Under the pieces are notes generated by a model, which had not been told where the DNA came from, did not search any database, and saw nothing but the letters and a program-made list of their open reading frames with translations. A stretch of 64,000 nucleotides of DNA from Takakia lepidozioides (taxonomy: Eukaryota > Plantae > Bryophyta), in assembly GCA_030704615.1 (NCBI GenBank), contig CM060733.1, positions 43,276,001-43,340,000 on the forward strand, in the 5' to 3' direction. Numbering within the stretch: the first letter of the stretch is position 1; the number at the start of each line of letters is the position of its first letter. The position numbers and the translations under genes are program-made. Shown in pieces: positions 25,065 through 38,171 of this stretch.

Positions 25065-28000
25065 CTATCCAATGCAATGTGGACACAAACCAATCCCCAT
25101 CTGGAACCATCTCAAGAGGTGGAGACAAGCATCCCATATGCCAACCTCTAGAGCATCGATCGCACACCAGCATGGTGGCTGCCCTTTAGCAGACCCACAC
25201 AACATGCACCTCAAACCTGCAGATACCACTGCCAGGTTTGGGTCAATCCTGCCATCGACATTCGGAAGGTGACATGGCGCACAATTACGCACATGGTCCT
25301 TCCAAGTTATGCCATCCCGACCCTCCAAGACCAAGACGCCTGAGGGCAAGACCTCTCGAACCCTAAAATAACACGTCCTGCAGTCACATCCAGGGTTGTA
25401 GGAGCAGTCTGCTGCAGATAGACATAGTCACCAGGGTTGAATCTCCGAACCCCAGGACGATAGCCCCCACCACGTATGGTAGCATACCTCAACGTATCAC
25501 GGGTTGTGCAATGGCAAGGTTCTCGAAAGCCATGGGCATGACTCTCTTGAACAACTCTGCACGCTGCTCATGCACGTGCCCACACGTCCGGATCGTCAAG
25601 GTTAAGAACTGTAGCAGCTTCTCTGCGAATGGATGTAGGCAAATCCGGCTCTCGGCCAAAGAGAAGAAAGTATGGTGAGAAGGAGGCAAGTGATGCTTGC
25701 TTGCTGAACCTGTAGCCCATGGCTAACCAGGGGTAACTGAAGGTCCCAATCTCCTAGGTGTCCCTTCTGCAAGCCATACTTGCGCAAACCCCTCTTCACT
25801 GTCTGAACAACTCTCTCTGCCAAGCCATCGGCCTCAGGATGATCCCGAGAAGTGGTGCGGTGGTCTATCAAGGCCTTGTCACACAAAGCCTGAAACTCCC
25901 CCAAGAACTCTCTCCCTTGGTCCGTGAGTACCTCAGCTGGAGCACCGAATCGGCTAAGCACACAATCCAAGAATGCATACGCAGCTCCCTCACTAGCCTT
26001 ATCAGGCAATGGAACCAATTCAATCCACTTGGAGAAGTGCTCCACCATCACCAACACGTACTTGTTGTGGCGCATGGTCAGTGGCAACGGCCCTGCGAAG
26101 TCAAGACTCCACCTGTAGCCCAATCCCATGATCGGAAGAGGGTGCAATTGTGGAGTAGGGCGTTGAATGAATGAGCACGCACCCTGTCACACACCATGCA
26201 CCTAGCCACAAATTGTTGCACCTCTGTGTGCATACCACGCCACCAATACTGCCCCTGCAGTAGACTATGGGTGCGTCGCACCCCAAAATGCCCCAACTCC
26301 TCGTGGGCATGCCGCACTAACCGTGCCCGCTGTGTTGGGTGAGGCACAATCCTCACTCGACCATCCTCCCACACTCGGAGCAGGTGTGTCCCCTCCACTT
26401 GAACCTCTTGGCTCGTTGTAGGATCCGATCCCTCTCCTTGGCAGTCACAGTGGGCCGTGTCTCCAGTGCGGAGGTAGTCCAACACAACTGAATCCTCATG
26501 TATATCTTTGGCGCCACCTTGCTCATTGCTGGCCTCAGGGTCCTCAGACACTTGATCTACAGTCATCCCTGTTGCAGGTCCAACCTGGCCTTCCGCTGCC
26601 AAGATACACAGAAATGCAGATGCATGCCATCCGGGCACCATCTCCTCGTCCGTCTCACCATGCCACCGAGCTCCAGTGTCATCCTGCTGGCTCGTGCATG
26701 GATTGCGACTCAACCCATCTGCATTGCGATTGACCAAACCCGGTCGATGCACCACCTGAAAGTCATACTCTTGAAGGATGAGTGCCCACCGTGCAAGCTT
26801 CCCCGTAAGCTTGTCTGACTCCATCAACCACTTGAGTGGTTGGTGATCGTGACAAGGGTGAAGAGATTGCCGTATAGATAGCACCTGAAGTGTGCCACGG
26901 CCCACACTGCAGCTAAGCATTCTCCCTCATATGAGCTATACTTAGACTCTGCAGCATTGTTCGAGCGGCTAGCATAAGCCACTACGAACTCTTCCCTCAT
27001 CATCCACCCTGTGTGAGCACCGCTCCAAGCCCCAGCATGCTCCAATCTGTATGCAACTGAAAAGGACGCCCCCTGATAGGTCGTCTCAAGATGGGCGCCG
27101 AGGTCAACCTCGCCTTGAGCTCTTGAAAAGCTTGTTCTTGCTCATCTTCCCACTGCCACTCCTGGTCCACCTTGGTCAGCTTGGTTAGAGCCTTTGCAAT
27201 GGCACTAAATCCCTTAACAAACCGTCTGTAATAGTTTGCTAACCCATGAAAGCTCGAACTCGGCTCACATCCGTGGGGCGTGGAACTGTGCAATGGACTC
27301 TACCTTAGTCTGCTGTACCCCCAATCCTCCAGGATATATCATGTGACCCAGATACTCAATCTGGTTGTGGAAAAACTTGCACTTGCCCGGATGTAACTTC
27401 AATCCGTGCGTCCTTAAACGCTCAAATACCCCTGAAGGTGTCTCTCATGCTCCTCCACCGTAGCACTAAAGATGATGATGTCATCTATGTAGCACCGAGC
27501 AAACTCCACCCTGCTAGAATCTGTCCATGACTTTGAAACTCAGCGGGAGCGTTTTTAAGTCCAAATGGTAAGAACCGCCACTGGTATAGGCAATCCTTCC
27601 CGTGCTCATTGATCCCCCAGAATGCCGTCTTTTGCTTATCCGCCTCCTTGATCGGCAACTGGTGATATCCGGATCGTAAATCCAACGTGCTAAAGACCTT
27701 GGAATGCCCAATGGCATCAAAGATCTCCTCTGGTGTCGGCATGGCATACCTATCGGACTTGTCTGACGATTTACAGGCCGGTAATCACCGCACATACGTC
27801 TCTCCGTCCAATTGCCATAGACATCCTTCTTGGCTGGCATCACTGTGGCTGAAGCATACTCTCCACCAGAGAGCTCCACCAAACCTGCCTCCCAAAGATC
27901 TGAGTTCTCATCTGAATCAAGGACCTCTCCATGTCACTGTATCTATAGGGTCTCCGAAAGATTGGCGTGTCAGTAGCCAATTCAATGCGAATCTCTTGAC

Positions 28001-31000
28001 CCTTCAGTGCTCCCAAGTCCTTCAAACTGAAGGCAAAGCAATTCCTGTAAGCCCTCAGGAACGCCGCATACGTCGTCTCTCTCCTCCGGTGACAATGGGT
28101 CCAATGTCAGGCTCCCAATTGTCCTCCGTAACTGCAACCTTAAGTCCAGTGGGCTTAGAGGTAGAGGACGCGTCCCGTGGTTGCTATGCTGCAACCTTTG
28201 AGCAGTACTCCCTTCCTGCTCAGTCAATGACAAGGCCTCATCCTGCCCCATCATCTCATCATTGAGAACCTCCTCAACCCGAGAAGAATCCCCAACCTCA
28301 TCCATCACAGCTGCCTTGGCTGCCAACTCCCTCTGAACCTCGAGCACCTCCCACGTGTGCCATGGATGTCTACACCCGTGGTCCTCACCGGCTCGCCCCC
28401 ACTCGCTGCCTGTACCGTCTCGGTAGGCAGAGAGACCAAAAGGGGAGTGCATTCCGCACTCTACGTTGCTCAGCCATGCCAAGCTGATAATCCATGTCAA
28501 GCAATTGAGATCCATTGCTTGCCCAACACCTGACGCCGTGATGCCTCAGAAAGAGAAGGCACCGCCGTGGTCCCAGTGGAAAACCCCATAGCCCGCTCTC
28601 GCTCGTCGGCATTAGGCTCCACTAACTGTTGCAACTGAGCATCCCACAGGAGGCCAGGTCCACCATCCCGAAAAGCATGGGATCCTGGGAAGCTGAGCAG
28701 TGTAGGTAATGCTGCTCGTGGTTGACCCACCTGTTGACCACTGCCAAAGGCGAACGGTCATCGTGTCTCACACGTTGAGACTGCCTCCTGTGTCCAAAAT
28801 GCCATCCACGGTGAGGTGTGCTGGGCGCTGCACCCCATCAAATGCACGCTTGAGCAGTGCGGGTGGCATCAAGTTAGTCCACCCAAGCCGTGGACGATGA
28901 GCCCGTGACCCCACTGCAGCTGCATCCAGCAACACTGCTGACCCAAGCCACGACCGGACTTGATGCACACTGGCCATCACCCTGGCCCGAGAATCACCCA
29001 TCAATGGCACATTCTCCAAGATGTATGCCGGAGATACAGCTGATGAAGCTGCAAGTGGCGCAAAATCCGCACCATCTCCCAAAACAGACCCGTCCTCGAG
29101 TCTCGCAATCCATTGCCATGCCCGCTGATGAATGCCCTTGGCAGGGCCAACCTGCCACTACCAGATCAATGGAGCCAACCCTCTCCAAATCCTGCGCCCC
29201 CAGCAACGCAATGTCTGCTGGCAAGGCCTGCTGTATCCACGAACTGCAGACACGGCAACAACTCAGGGTACCGCTGCAGCATCTGAGCAACATGGCGCAG
29301 TGAGACGCGTCGTGCAGTCTCATCCCTCTCCACATACAGGTAACGTCGAACTCGTACACCTGCCTGCAGCACTGCAGCCAATCCAGTGCTGATCCCGCCA
29401 AATAAGTCCAGAAGGCATATGCCTTCATCCGGCCGCTGCCACACAAGAGGTGTGGTGTCCAATGGCGACAACTGAGGTTTCCCTGGTGCAATCACCGCAC
29501 TCTCCTCCTCTCCTGACGGTACAAAAGCTTCTACCCAAGCTTGTTGCACCCGTCTATCAGCAGCTTGCTGCAAATCCTCGCTCGTACCCCACAATGGAGT
29601 GTGAGCAACCATGGCAGGCAACTCCACCGTACCATGCATGTCATCCTGCTCTGCTGGAGGTGGCACATCCTCTGCATGGGCATTGCCTTCCAGCAACTCT
29701 CCAGGCCAACTAACTGCAGCTGTAAAGGCGGCTAGTGTTGGCATCTTGCCCCGTTGGGCAGCCGCAATACCCCCAATGAATGTCACAGGGAGCTGTGCAC
29801 GACGACCATCCCCTGATTGCCATCCAGGCCTGTAGGATGCTGACTCCTCCCAGAAGTCCAGGGTGAAGCCCATGGGGTATAACACTGCCCCACCAACGAG
29901 GACATCGTAAGAGACCGCGTCTGTCACAATGGCCTTGGCTCGCATCACTGAGCCATCTACAGGATGATCCGGCTGCAGTCTAATAGCCAACTGATGCCGT
30001 GTCATGCCCCGCGCCTGCTCTGATCCTCCCAGAGATGTCTGTATCTGGAAAGGACAAGGCTCCATATCCGCCTCCATGAGGCCCAAACCTGCATAGCAGC
30101 TCTGCCCAACATCAGTGGCTGGGCTCCTGAGTCCAACAAGACCCGCAGTGGTCGGTACTTCTTGCCTGCCGGTCCACTCAAAGAGAAAATGCCATCCTGG
30201 TTGTCTAACAAGACAACTCCAGGTGTCACCGTGGCGCGCTCAAAGGCTGGCTAGCTGGCAGCTCCGTCAACCTGGCAGCTGCAGCTTGCAGGGCGCAGCC
30301 GTGGCAGTCTTGACCCTCAAATCCGAGGATCCCTCTGCCACTATACCTTCCACTAACTCCGCAGAAGATGAAGTGACCTCCCCACTCTCACAGAGAGTTG
30401 CTGCTAATCTGAACACTGCAGCTGGTCTCACCCCTGGCGTCGCAATCATGGTTGCCGAGAACAGTGGGGCTTGACACACAGAGGTGGCTGCCCCCAATAA
30501 CACACCGGCTGCACTAGCCTTGGTAGCAGGTGTCAGTGCTGCACGTGTAGCTCTCCCCAATGGCATAGTAACCTCCGCCTCGGTAACAGTCGGGCGAGAA
30601 CTAGGTGCCATGGATGGCGTTGACACTGTCTCCGCCAAGGTGAATGACTGAGGGTAGCCTCGCCTGACGGCTTGCCCCCACGTTGTGGATCCAACTCCAC
30701 CTCTGCACCTCGTGGCTCAGGAACTCGTGCTGCTCCTCGAGTCACGGCTGCAGCAGACTCCACCTGCTCTAGTGGTAGTGCTGCTCCGCACATAAATCTC
30801 ATGCCGCCCATATCTCCTCCCTCGGGAACAGGAGGTGGGCCATCCCGCCTGGGAGCCGGTACCGCCTGAGCTATAGCCATGGCAGCGAGCCTGCTCTAGC
30901 TGCTGAAGCCGATTGGCCATGCCTTGGTCAACACCCTGACCTCCGCGTCCTTGGCCATGTGGAGCTTGCCCTTGGCCTGCACCTCGTGCCCGACCACCTC

Positions 31001-32364
31001 GTCCTCTTTGGGCTGGTCCACCTCGCCCCCGGCCACCATTGTTCCCTTGGAACTGGCCTGGGCGCAACTCAGGATGCAAGTCATAACACTGGGCATCTCC
31101 ATGCCCATACTTGCCACAATGCCCACACTGCAACTGTGCAGGCTGTGCTTGTGCCGGCCTTCTGCCAGTCTCTGGGCAATCTCTTTTGACATGGGGTCCC
31201 CCACATGTCCAACATATCACCCCTGGTTGCTGTTGGCCTGCAAAAGATGCCACGGCCTCTGCACCTGAGGTCCCCTGTAAGCTCCATGGAACTTGGGCTG
31301 GGCAACCTTGCCCCCTGACCACGCTGTTGGGCAGTCCCTTGTGCCTGTGGGCTGACAGCTGTGCCCCGTACAGGCATGTCCTTGCCAAATCCAATTGTAA
31401 CAACTCGCTCCTCCACCATGTTGAGCTCAATCCGCTCAGCCAGCAGAAACACATCTGCTAATGTGGGTTGGGCTGCTTGTAACAGGGTTGCATCTCGCAC
31501 CCTTCTCTTGAGCTCCTTGTCCAGAATTCCATACCAAAACTGGATTGCCTGAGCTTCAGTAACCCCTTGGGTCACACTTATCAAGCGCCTCATACGAGTG
31601 TACGCCTCTCGCAGGCTCTCACTGGGTTTGCGCTGGAAGTCTTGCAAACTTCGCAGCTTCTCTGTCCATACACCTTGGTAGTTCCTCCGCAACTCCTGGA
31701 AGAACTCCACCACCGGGTTGAATCTAGGCACATGTGTTGTAGTCGTGGCAGGAGGAGTAGTAGCACCTTTTGAACTGGTACCACTGCAGAAGTACCAGCA
31801 CTACTTGCTCCACTACTAGTGCTGGCAGTGGGAGCTATTGGTACTGATGCAGCTACTGGTCGCGTCGTGCCTCGAGTAATGGAGACGTAGTCAGGTGACC
31901 AATACATCCTCCACTCCTCAATCTCTGCTTCATGTCCTCGCCTGAACTCGTGGTAATCGTCCATAGGCGGGCCTTCCAAATGCTGGAACAGTCCCTTCCA
32001 CGCCATGAATGGGGTGAATAGCTGTGGATTGCGCATCTGCTGCAAATCACACCAGCTGTCAAACTCCTGGATAAAGTCATCCAACTCAATTGTGCCCATA
32101 GCTCCAGAGTACCTACGAGGCCCCTTGGTAGCTCCATACATCTCCTCCATGTCGTTCCACAACAATGGCGAATGAAAGTGCACACCTTGATGAAGCCTCC
32201 GAGTCTGTGTCTGACTCTACAGTAATTGAGGGTGGCGGTGAAGGTGGTCTGAACCGAATACCTCGTCTTGTGAACCCACTCGCACTGTTACTGCCTGTAG
32301 CCGTACTCCCCTCAAAACCCTTGGGTAACTCCGTAATGACACTCACAATGTGCACCTCCTCCAC
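25065..32364 (-). pseudogene. G1 gag-pol: Gag (two CCHC knuckles) - aspartic protease - C5 DNA methyltransferase - RT - RNase H - integrase - PHD finger; many frameshifts
   Basis: CWTCGGPHVKRDC, CGHCGKYGHGDAQC, VLLDSGAQP, RMCGDYRPVN, FSTLDLRSGYHQ, PFGLKNAPAEFQ, FQLHTDWS, EGECLAAVWA, HEELGHFG...CMVC, WSLDFAGP, LTDQGREF, GLAER, CMLCG...CDRC..GWHMGC. Confidence 0.9.
28490..29430 (-). other. DNMT3-like cytosine-5 methyltransferase domain within G1 pol
   Basis: Motif I LLDLFGGISTG, II YVERD, IV IDLVVAGWPCQGHS, VI YILENV, VIII SRAHRPRL.WTNL, IX-X ERERAMGF...RRQVLG.AMD. Confidence 0.88.
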
Positions 32365-32880
32365 GTGACACTAAGGCTCTAGTACTAATCTAATAGTGAC
32401 ATGGGTGGGCACCTGTTGCAGTCTAAGGGTCATATCCCAATGGCTCAGGGCACCTGCACCTGCATCCACCGCAAGAACTCCTATGGTTGGCTGGTCATCA
32501 ACCCAGCCTCACCATAGAAGAAACATTGGTGGTCTTGCTGGTCATCACTCCAGCCTCACCACCGACAGCATACTCTAGGATTGACCGGTGATCAAATCCG
32601 GCCTAATCCCTATGAAAGCAAGCGCCCACACAAAACCAACATGGCGCACAGTCAAGCATGCAGGTGTTGGGGGGGATCCAAACACAAGAAATCAAAACAT
32701 CAACACCCCCACACCAAAATCCAGCTGCAATGCTGATCCTGCAGAATATCCCAGCCCAAAACCCCGGACTGACTGGCCTCCACCAAGAGAGGCTTTGGCA
32801 ACTACGAGTACAAGGTAATGAAAAAGTACAGAGATGGAGGGGAAGAATAGAAGCCCGCCCAAGCAAGATCTAATCCTGAT

Positions 32881-33717
32881 CTATGCTATCAACTTCCAGA
32901 CTTCTCTCAAAGTGCCTCGCTCTGCGTGATGGTAAGGTGTAGGAGGTATATCTATGTCCAGAAACCTGCCACTAACCTTGTCCCAAGCTACAGTAGCTCG
33001 CTCTAACCAACCCTCCTCCTCTTTCTGCCAGGTAGAGACAAAGCAATACTCCCCTATCTCCCACTCACTGAACACTAAAGAAAACAAAGGTAGGGTCTGA
33101 TAGTCTCTCAACTCGAAAGCTTTGAGACGGTTGCAGGTGTCCTCATTGCGAATGACTACATCTCCTTCACGCACAATAAACATGTCATTGCTGATGAACC
33201 CCCGCTCGTGGTTGCCCTGTGCAGAGCGTATCCGGCTGCAACCATATCTGATTGCACAAACTTGCGTAGCTCCTGCTCCTCTGCTCCAGTACACCACGGC
33301 CTTGTGGCTGAACACCTTGGTCCCCGGAGCTGTCTTTGGCTGTGTTCCAAGCCTAGCTTTCACCCACTTTGGTATTTCACCTACAACTGCAGAACTGCTG
33401 GCTCCAACAGAGTTCTGACTGTCCAAGGCGATATTGAGGCCCTCAATGCCAACTACAGCAGTCTGTTGTCTACTGCTAATGTCTGACTCCCAGTATGCAA
33501 TCAACTCGTCCAACTGTTCTCCACTCAAATCAGTCTGAGTTCCTTGGGAAACATAGATCATGTCCCCTTGTGTGCACAGGCTAAGAGAAGAGACCTGCCC
33601 TTCAATTACGTCCTCATTTCCCCCAGCCATACAAGGAGTACATCCACAGGTTTGTCTCTCATATAGGCCAGCACAGGTTCTAGAAACAGGATTGTGGATA
33701 TTTCGTGGCACACTCAC
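32881..33717 (-). CDS. Extra ORF of unknown function (278 aa) upstream of G1 gag, sense orientation
   Basis: Uninterrupted 837-bp frame inside an otherwise frameshifted element; no recognisable motif. Confidence 0.5.
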   Translation of the reverse strand: MSVPRNIHNPVSRTCAGLYERQTCGCTPCMAGGNEDVIEGQVSSLSLCTQGDMIYVSQGTQTDLSGEQLDELIAYWESDISSRQQTAVVGIEGLNIALDSQNSVGASSSAVVGEIPKWVKARLGTQPKTAPGTKVFSHKAVVYWSRGAGATQVCAIRYGCSRIRSAQGNHERGFISNDMFIVREGDVVIRNEDTCNRLKAFELRDYQTLPLFSLVFSEWEIGEYCFVSTWQKEEEGWLERATVAWDKVSGRFLDIDIPPTPYHHAERGTLREVWKLIA

Positions 33718-35127
33718 ACTCTAAAAATTCCATAGAGTCCCAAAAACAAAAACCAGGTCTAGATAGGTAGATTTTCCCTTTCTGCAGCTATCCCCTCAAA
33801 AACTGGGTCAAACAGAGTCCATTTGACAAAGATATGACCAATTAGGCTCTAAATCCTTTAAATTAGATCAAAAGATTTTTATTTTATTTTTTTAACACCC
33901 AAACGTTCTCGTCATTACAACCTGTTCCTAGGTTATCTACGGGTTCCTAAGGCCGTTCCCCGACTATGCTGACTCCGGGTCTTTGCTCTCACGGGGCTTC
34001 ATGTTCGTCATTGCCCAGGGAGAGAAGCAAGGCGGACGCAGACGAGGGCAGTGATGGCCAAGCCTGCGCGAGCAAGCAGGAACAAGGAGGTGGGTGGGGG
34101 TGTTGGCCGATTCGGCCGATCAAAGACCTGATCAAAGGGTTGCATGAGCAGCTTGCATGCTCGTCAATCTCCAAAGCCATGCAGCAGAGAGATGCCTGCT
34201 CCTGGTTCTGCTCCGTCAGCTCCTACCAGCTCCTGGTTCTGCTCAGTCAGCTCCTACCAGCTCCTGGTTTTGCTCAGCCCTTCCCAGCCCTTGCTCTTAA
34301 AGGTTCCACTCTCTCTCAAGCTGACCCCAAGTCTACCTGCATCACTCCCATGATTTACAGGCGACTTCCCTCCCCTTCCTTTCTTGTCACGGCAAATGAC
34401 GGCATCAATATGGAATCCTTATGGATAACTGCAAATGACATTGACATCTTCATGGCGAAAAATCCAATTGACAACAGCCCAATCCCTACTTTCCGCACTA
34501 AGATTGACAATTTCGAGCACGGCTCGCACATCTGTCTCTTCACCCTCATGCTGGGATCACATGGGGGGCTTTCATTGAAGATTGTCCAGGCCTTGGCTCC
34601 AATTTGTCCCCGTCAACAAAGATTCTTGCCATTGTGGACGAGAAGGATCTGCTGCTACCAGGGCACTCTTCCAAGGGTGAGTGGATTCACTTCGCTTCCC
34701 TGCAGCTGGACGCAGTCCATTTATTCGTCGGCCTTCTGCTCTTCTCACTGCGATGAACTTATCCATACGGGTGTCTCCACAATCAAGTGCAGCCTGCGAC
34801 TCGGGACTGGTATTCATGTGACTCGGCTGCCTCCCCCTCGAATCATGGAAGTGTTTCTTCTATCTTCTCTCTTTCTTTTTCACTGTTTCTTTCTCTTTCT
34901 CTTGCTCTTTCCCCCCCGAACCTACCTGCCCCCTTCGAGCTGCCAGCGGCGGACAACTCCACAGTCATAAGAATGTGCGACATCTCCCACAAGGTTTTGC
35001 CATTCTTCATGTTATCTGCAGCAAAATCGCCCCAATGGAGAAAACCAAACACTCAGGCATGGAACTCATCACATGCAAGAATCCCAGCATACACGCAGTG
35101 GTGTAATAAGCCCCGACACAGGTGCTA

Positions 35128-35409
<282 letters not shown>

Positions 35410-38171
35410 TTATAATAGTGCTTAAAAAAAAACAAAAACATCATATCTAGCTTAGCACTAGAAAACTAGATAGAGAGCTCATCTCTCTCGAGTGATAAGA
35501 AAACTAGATAACACACTGCTCACCAACAACATGAATCCATCGCTATCACTCTTTAAAACAGAAGTCGAGCCAGGGGCACCCCAAGCTATGGGGACTCCAC
35601 CCCACAACAACCTACACTCCCATCATAAGCACACTCAAATCTAAACGCATGAAGGAGCTCGGTCGCGCAGGCTCAACTCGAGAGAGATGAGCTGCGCGAC
35701 TGCCGCTCTCGTGAAGATAAAACGGACCAGGTGTCAAACTAAACTTGATACCTGATTTAACACTTGACCTAAATCCAAGTGTTAAATACAAATAACTAGT
35801 TTTATTCTAGTTGTTTTCACACTGTGCTTATTTAACTTGACAACTCGTTTCACATGATCAAACATAAGAAAACAGTTCTGCAAGTCCCTAGTCTTCTGCA
35901 TCCGCTTCATGAGGCTAACCCCACTGCCCTCCCCAACAGTCGACATTTTGAAAGAAAAACTTTGGTACCTTGACCTGGGAATACATTGTCCTGGATGTAA
36001 TCGTACTTGCTCACTCGTTTCAACTCCAAAATGTTGTCTATGTAGCCTCTGATACTAGAGCCCATACTTAATGCATTGATCTGATGCCGAATGTTAGGTG
36101 AACTTAAAGTGGAGAAATGATCCATGACCAGGTCCAATGCTGCACCGTCAAGTTTAGTCCCCACAGAATCCCCTTTACTCAAAATATGGCTTTCCAAGAA
36201 GGACTTGCTTGCGCCAAGAGCAATCGTAGATGATGTTGCAGATGGGTTTCTCCCGAATTCCTGTTTAATCAACCTCGATACTGTCTCAATCTCCCTGTAA
36301 TCCCCCTTCGAGACAGGATGGTTATGGAATCCGAAATGCACACAAGCTCTTGTCATTGTTTTCAAACGGTGGACAACATAGTACATTTTTGCTCCGCAGA
36401 GCGCCAAGAAGGATGGCACAAGTTTGCAGAATTTGCAGACGAAAGTGTTTGCCGGTGGTGGGGCAGTCCCAGGCTGAAATGGATTTTCCACCAGACCCTC
36501 CCATTTGCTTTGATTATGAACCCCAGACTGAAGAAAGTGTCTACAATTCAATTTATCACACCTAAGGTGTCCATTGCAAACTGTTCTTTTGAAAACAAGC
36601 TTGTCATCATTCTGAATATTGGATGTTTTTGTTCTGCACCACGGGTGCCCGTCGTTCTTGTCCATTCCATGCATCATGATTGTTACACCTCCAACTCGCG
36701 GAGGAGGAGGCAGCTCGAATAGGATATCGCCATCAAAAGTCTCTGGCAAGAACTTCACAGGCACCTGCTTCAAGATTCCCAATCAATTCCTCGCAACTCA
36801 CTTTTGAATCCAGCCATTCCTCATCGCCCGTAGTTTTGGAATGACACTACAAATCTCTTCTTCATCAGCTTCTCCAACCACAGTAGGAAGGACTGGATTT
36901 GGAATTTCACTTATGTCATCATTGGACGAATCCGAAAGCTCAACGATTGGAGTGGAGGACGTCTGTTTTTTTTTCACCACCACCTCCTTCTTGTCTTCAA
37001 CGACCGAAGCAGCAGTCCCGGGCGTCACATATGACCCAAGGGACTTTCGCCGAGGCTCTCCAAGTACTCTGTATCGACCAGGGCACACTCTCCACTGGCT
37101 GACATGAGCTGTCTCATCACGGTTTTGGAAAGAGTATTTCAACAACTTCCCTTTCAAATCGTACACCTCTTTCTCCAAAAAGATGGAGCCATTCTGAAGC
37201 TGAAAACGGGTAGCCAAGACATGTTCCAGAACAATTGCAAATCCATTGTCAAGGACTTCCTGGGAGAACGGCACTGGTTTGTCGTGAGAGAAGAACTCCG
37301 CTTCAGAGGAAGCCATCTTCCTTCCTCGCGTACGTTGATACCTTGCTATCGCAGACCTTCAGTGTAAATCGGTTTACTGATGTCTCTAGAACACAGTTGA
37401 AGAATGAGTGGAGAATATGGCAGAGGAAGCTCAGACGACGACTGTGCATATTCTGTTATTCCTTCCAGATATGCAGCCGTCCATTTTAATTATTTTTCTT
37501 GTGGGCCCAGTGGTTAGAGTATCCCTAGGAGCAATGTCGGCAGTTGTTAAACCGTTAATCAGAACCTCATCAATAAACACAATAACAAGCCGACTTCCTG
37601 GAAGCATGCCACATGATCTGAGGGTGGGATTGCAGATTAAGTAAATGTATCTTTATACTACTACCAATGATCATGCGCACCTGGAAAGTTCAAAATGTGA
37701 AACGAACGTGGGTTGGCTAACAAGGATGACCATGTATGATATCCCAAAATTTGTCATCAAACTCTCGTTCATTTACATATTATTTGTCTAAGACTGTGCG
37801 CCAAGATTTCTGGGATTCGCTGTTATTTTTTAGTATTGAAACGGTTCTAATAAAGAACACGCCGTTTATTTTGGGCGACACACGTCAGACATCGATAACT
37901 GAATACGAACAGCTGTACACTAATTGCTGGCATATGCACTAATAAGGGAACGACTATGTGTAACGGTCACGCGAGAGGGAATCCGATTCTTCTAGAGACA
38001 AGCAACAACGCACACAATCCCGCAAGAAATCGGGAGTCACTTCGTTTTTCTACTTTTTGCGCTTAGAGGGAGAGTGGTAGTCAAGCTGGAGAGGGTTCCT
38101 TCTACAATACGAAAGAGAAGAAAGTCTCTTTATTTACTTCCCTTAGAGAGAGACGCAGAGCAAGAGAGCAA

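Noticed and set aside
33966-34970. 334-aa ORF as a real gene
   Set aside because: It is antisense in the G1 leader, spans tandem and CT-rich low-complexity tracts, and has no recognisable domain.
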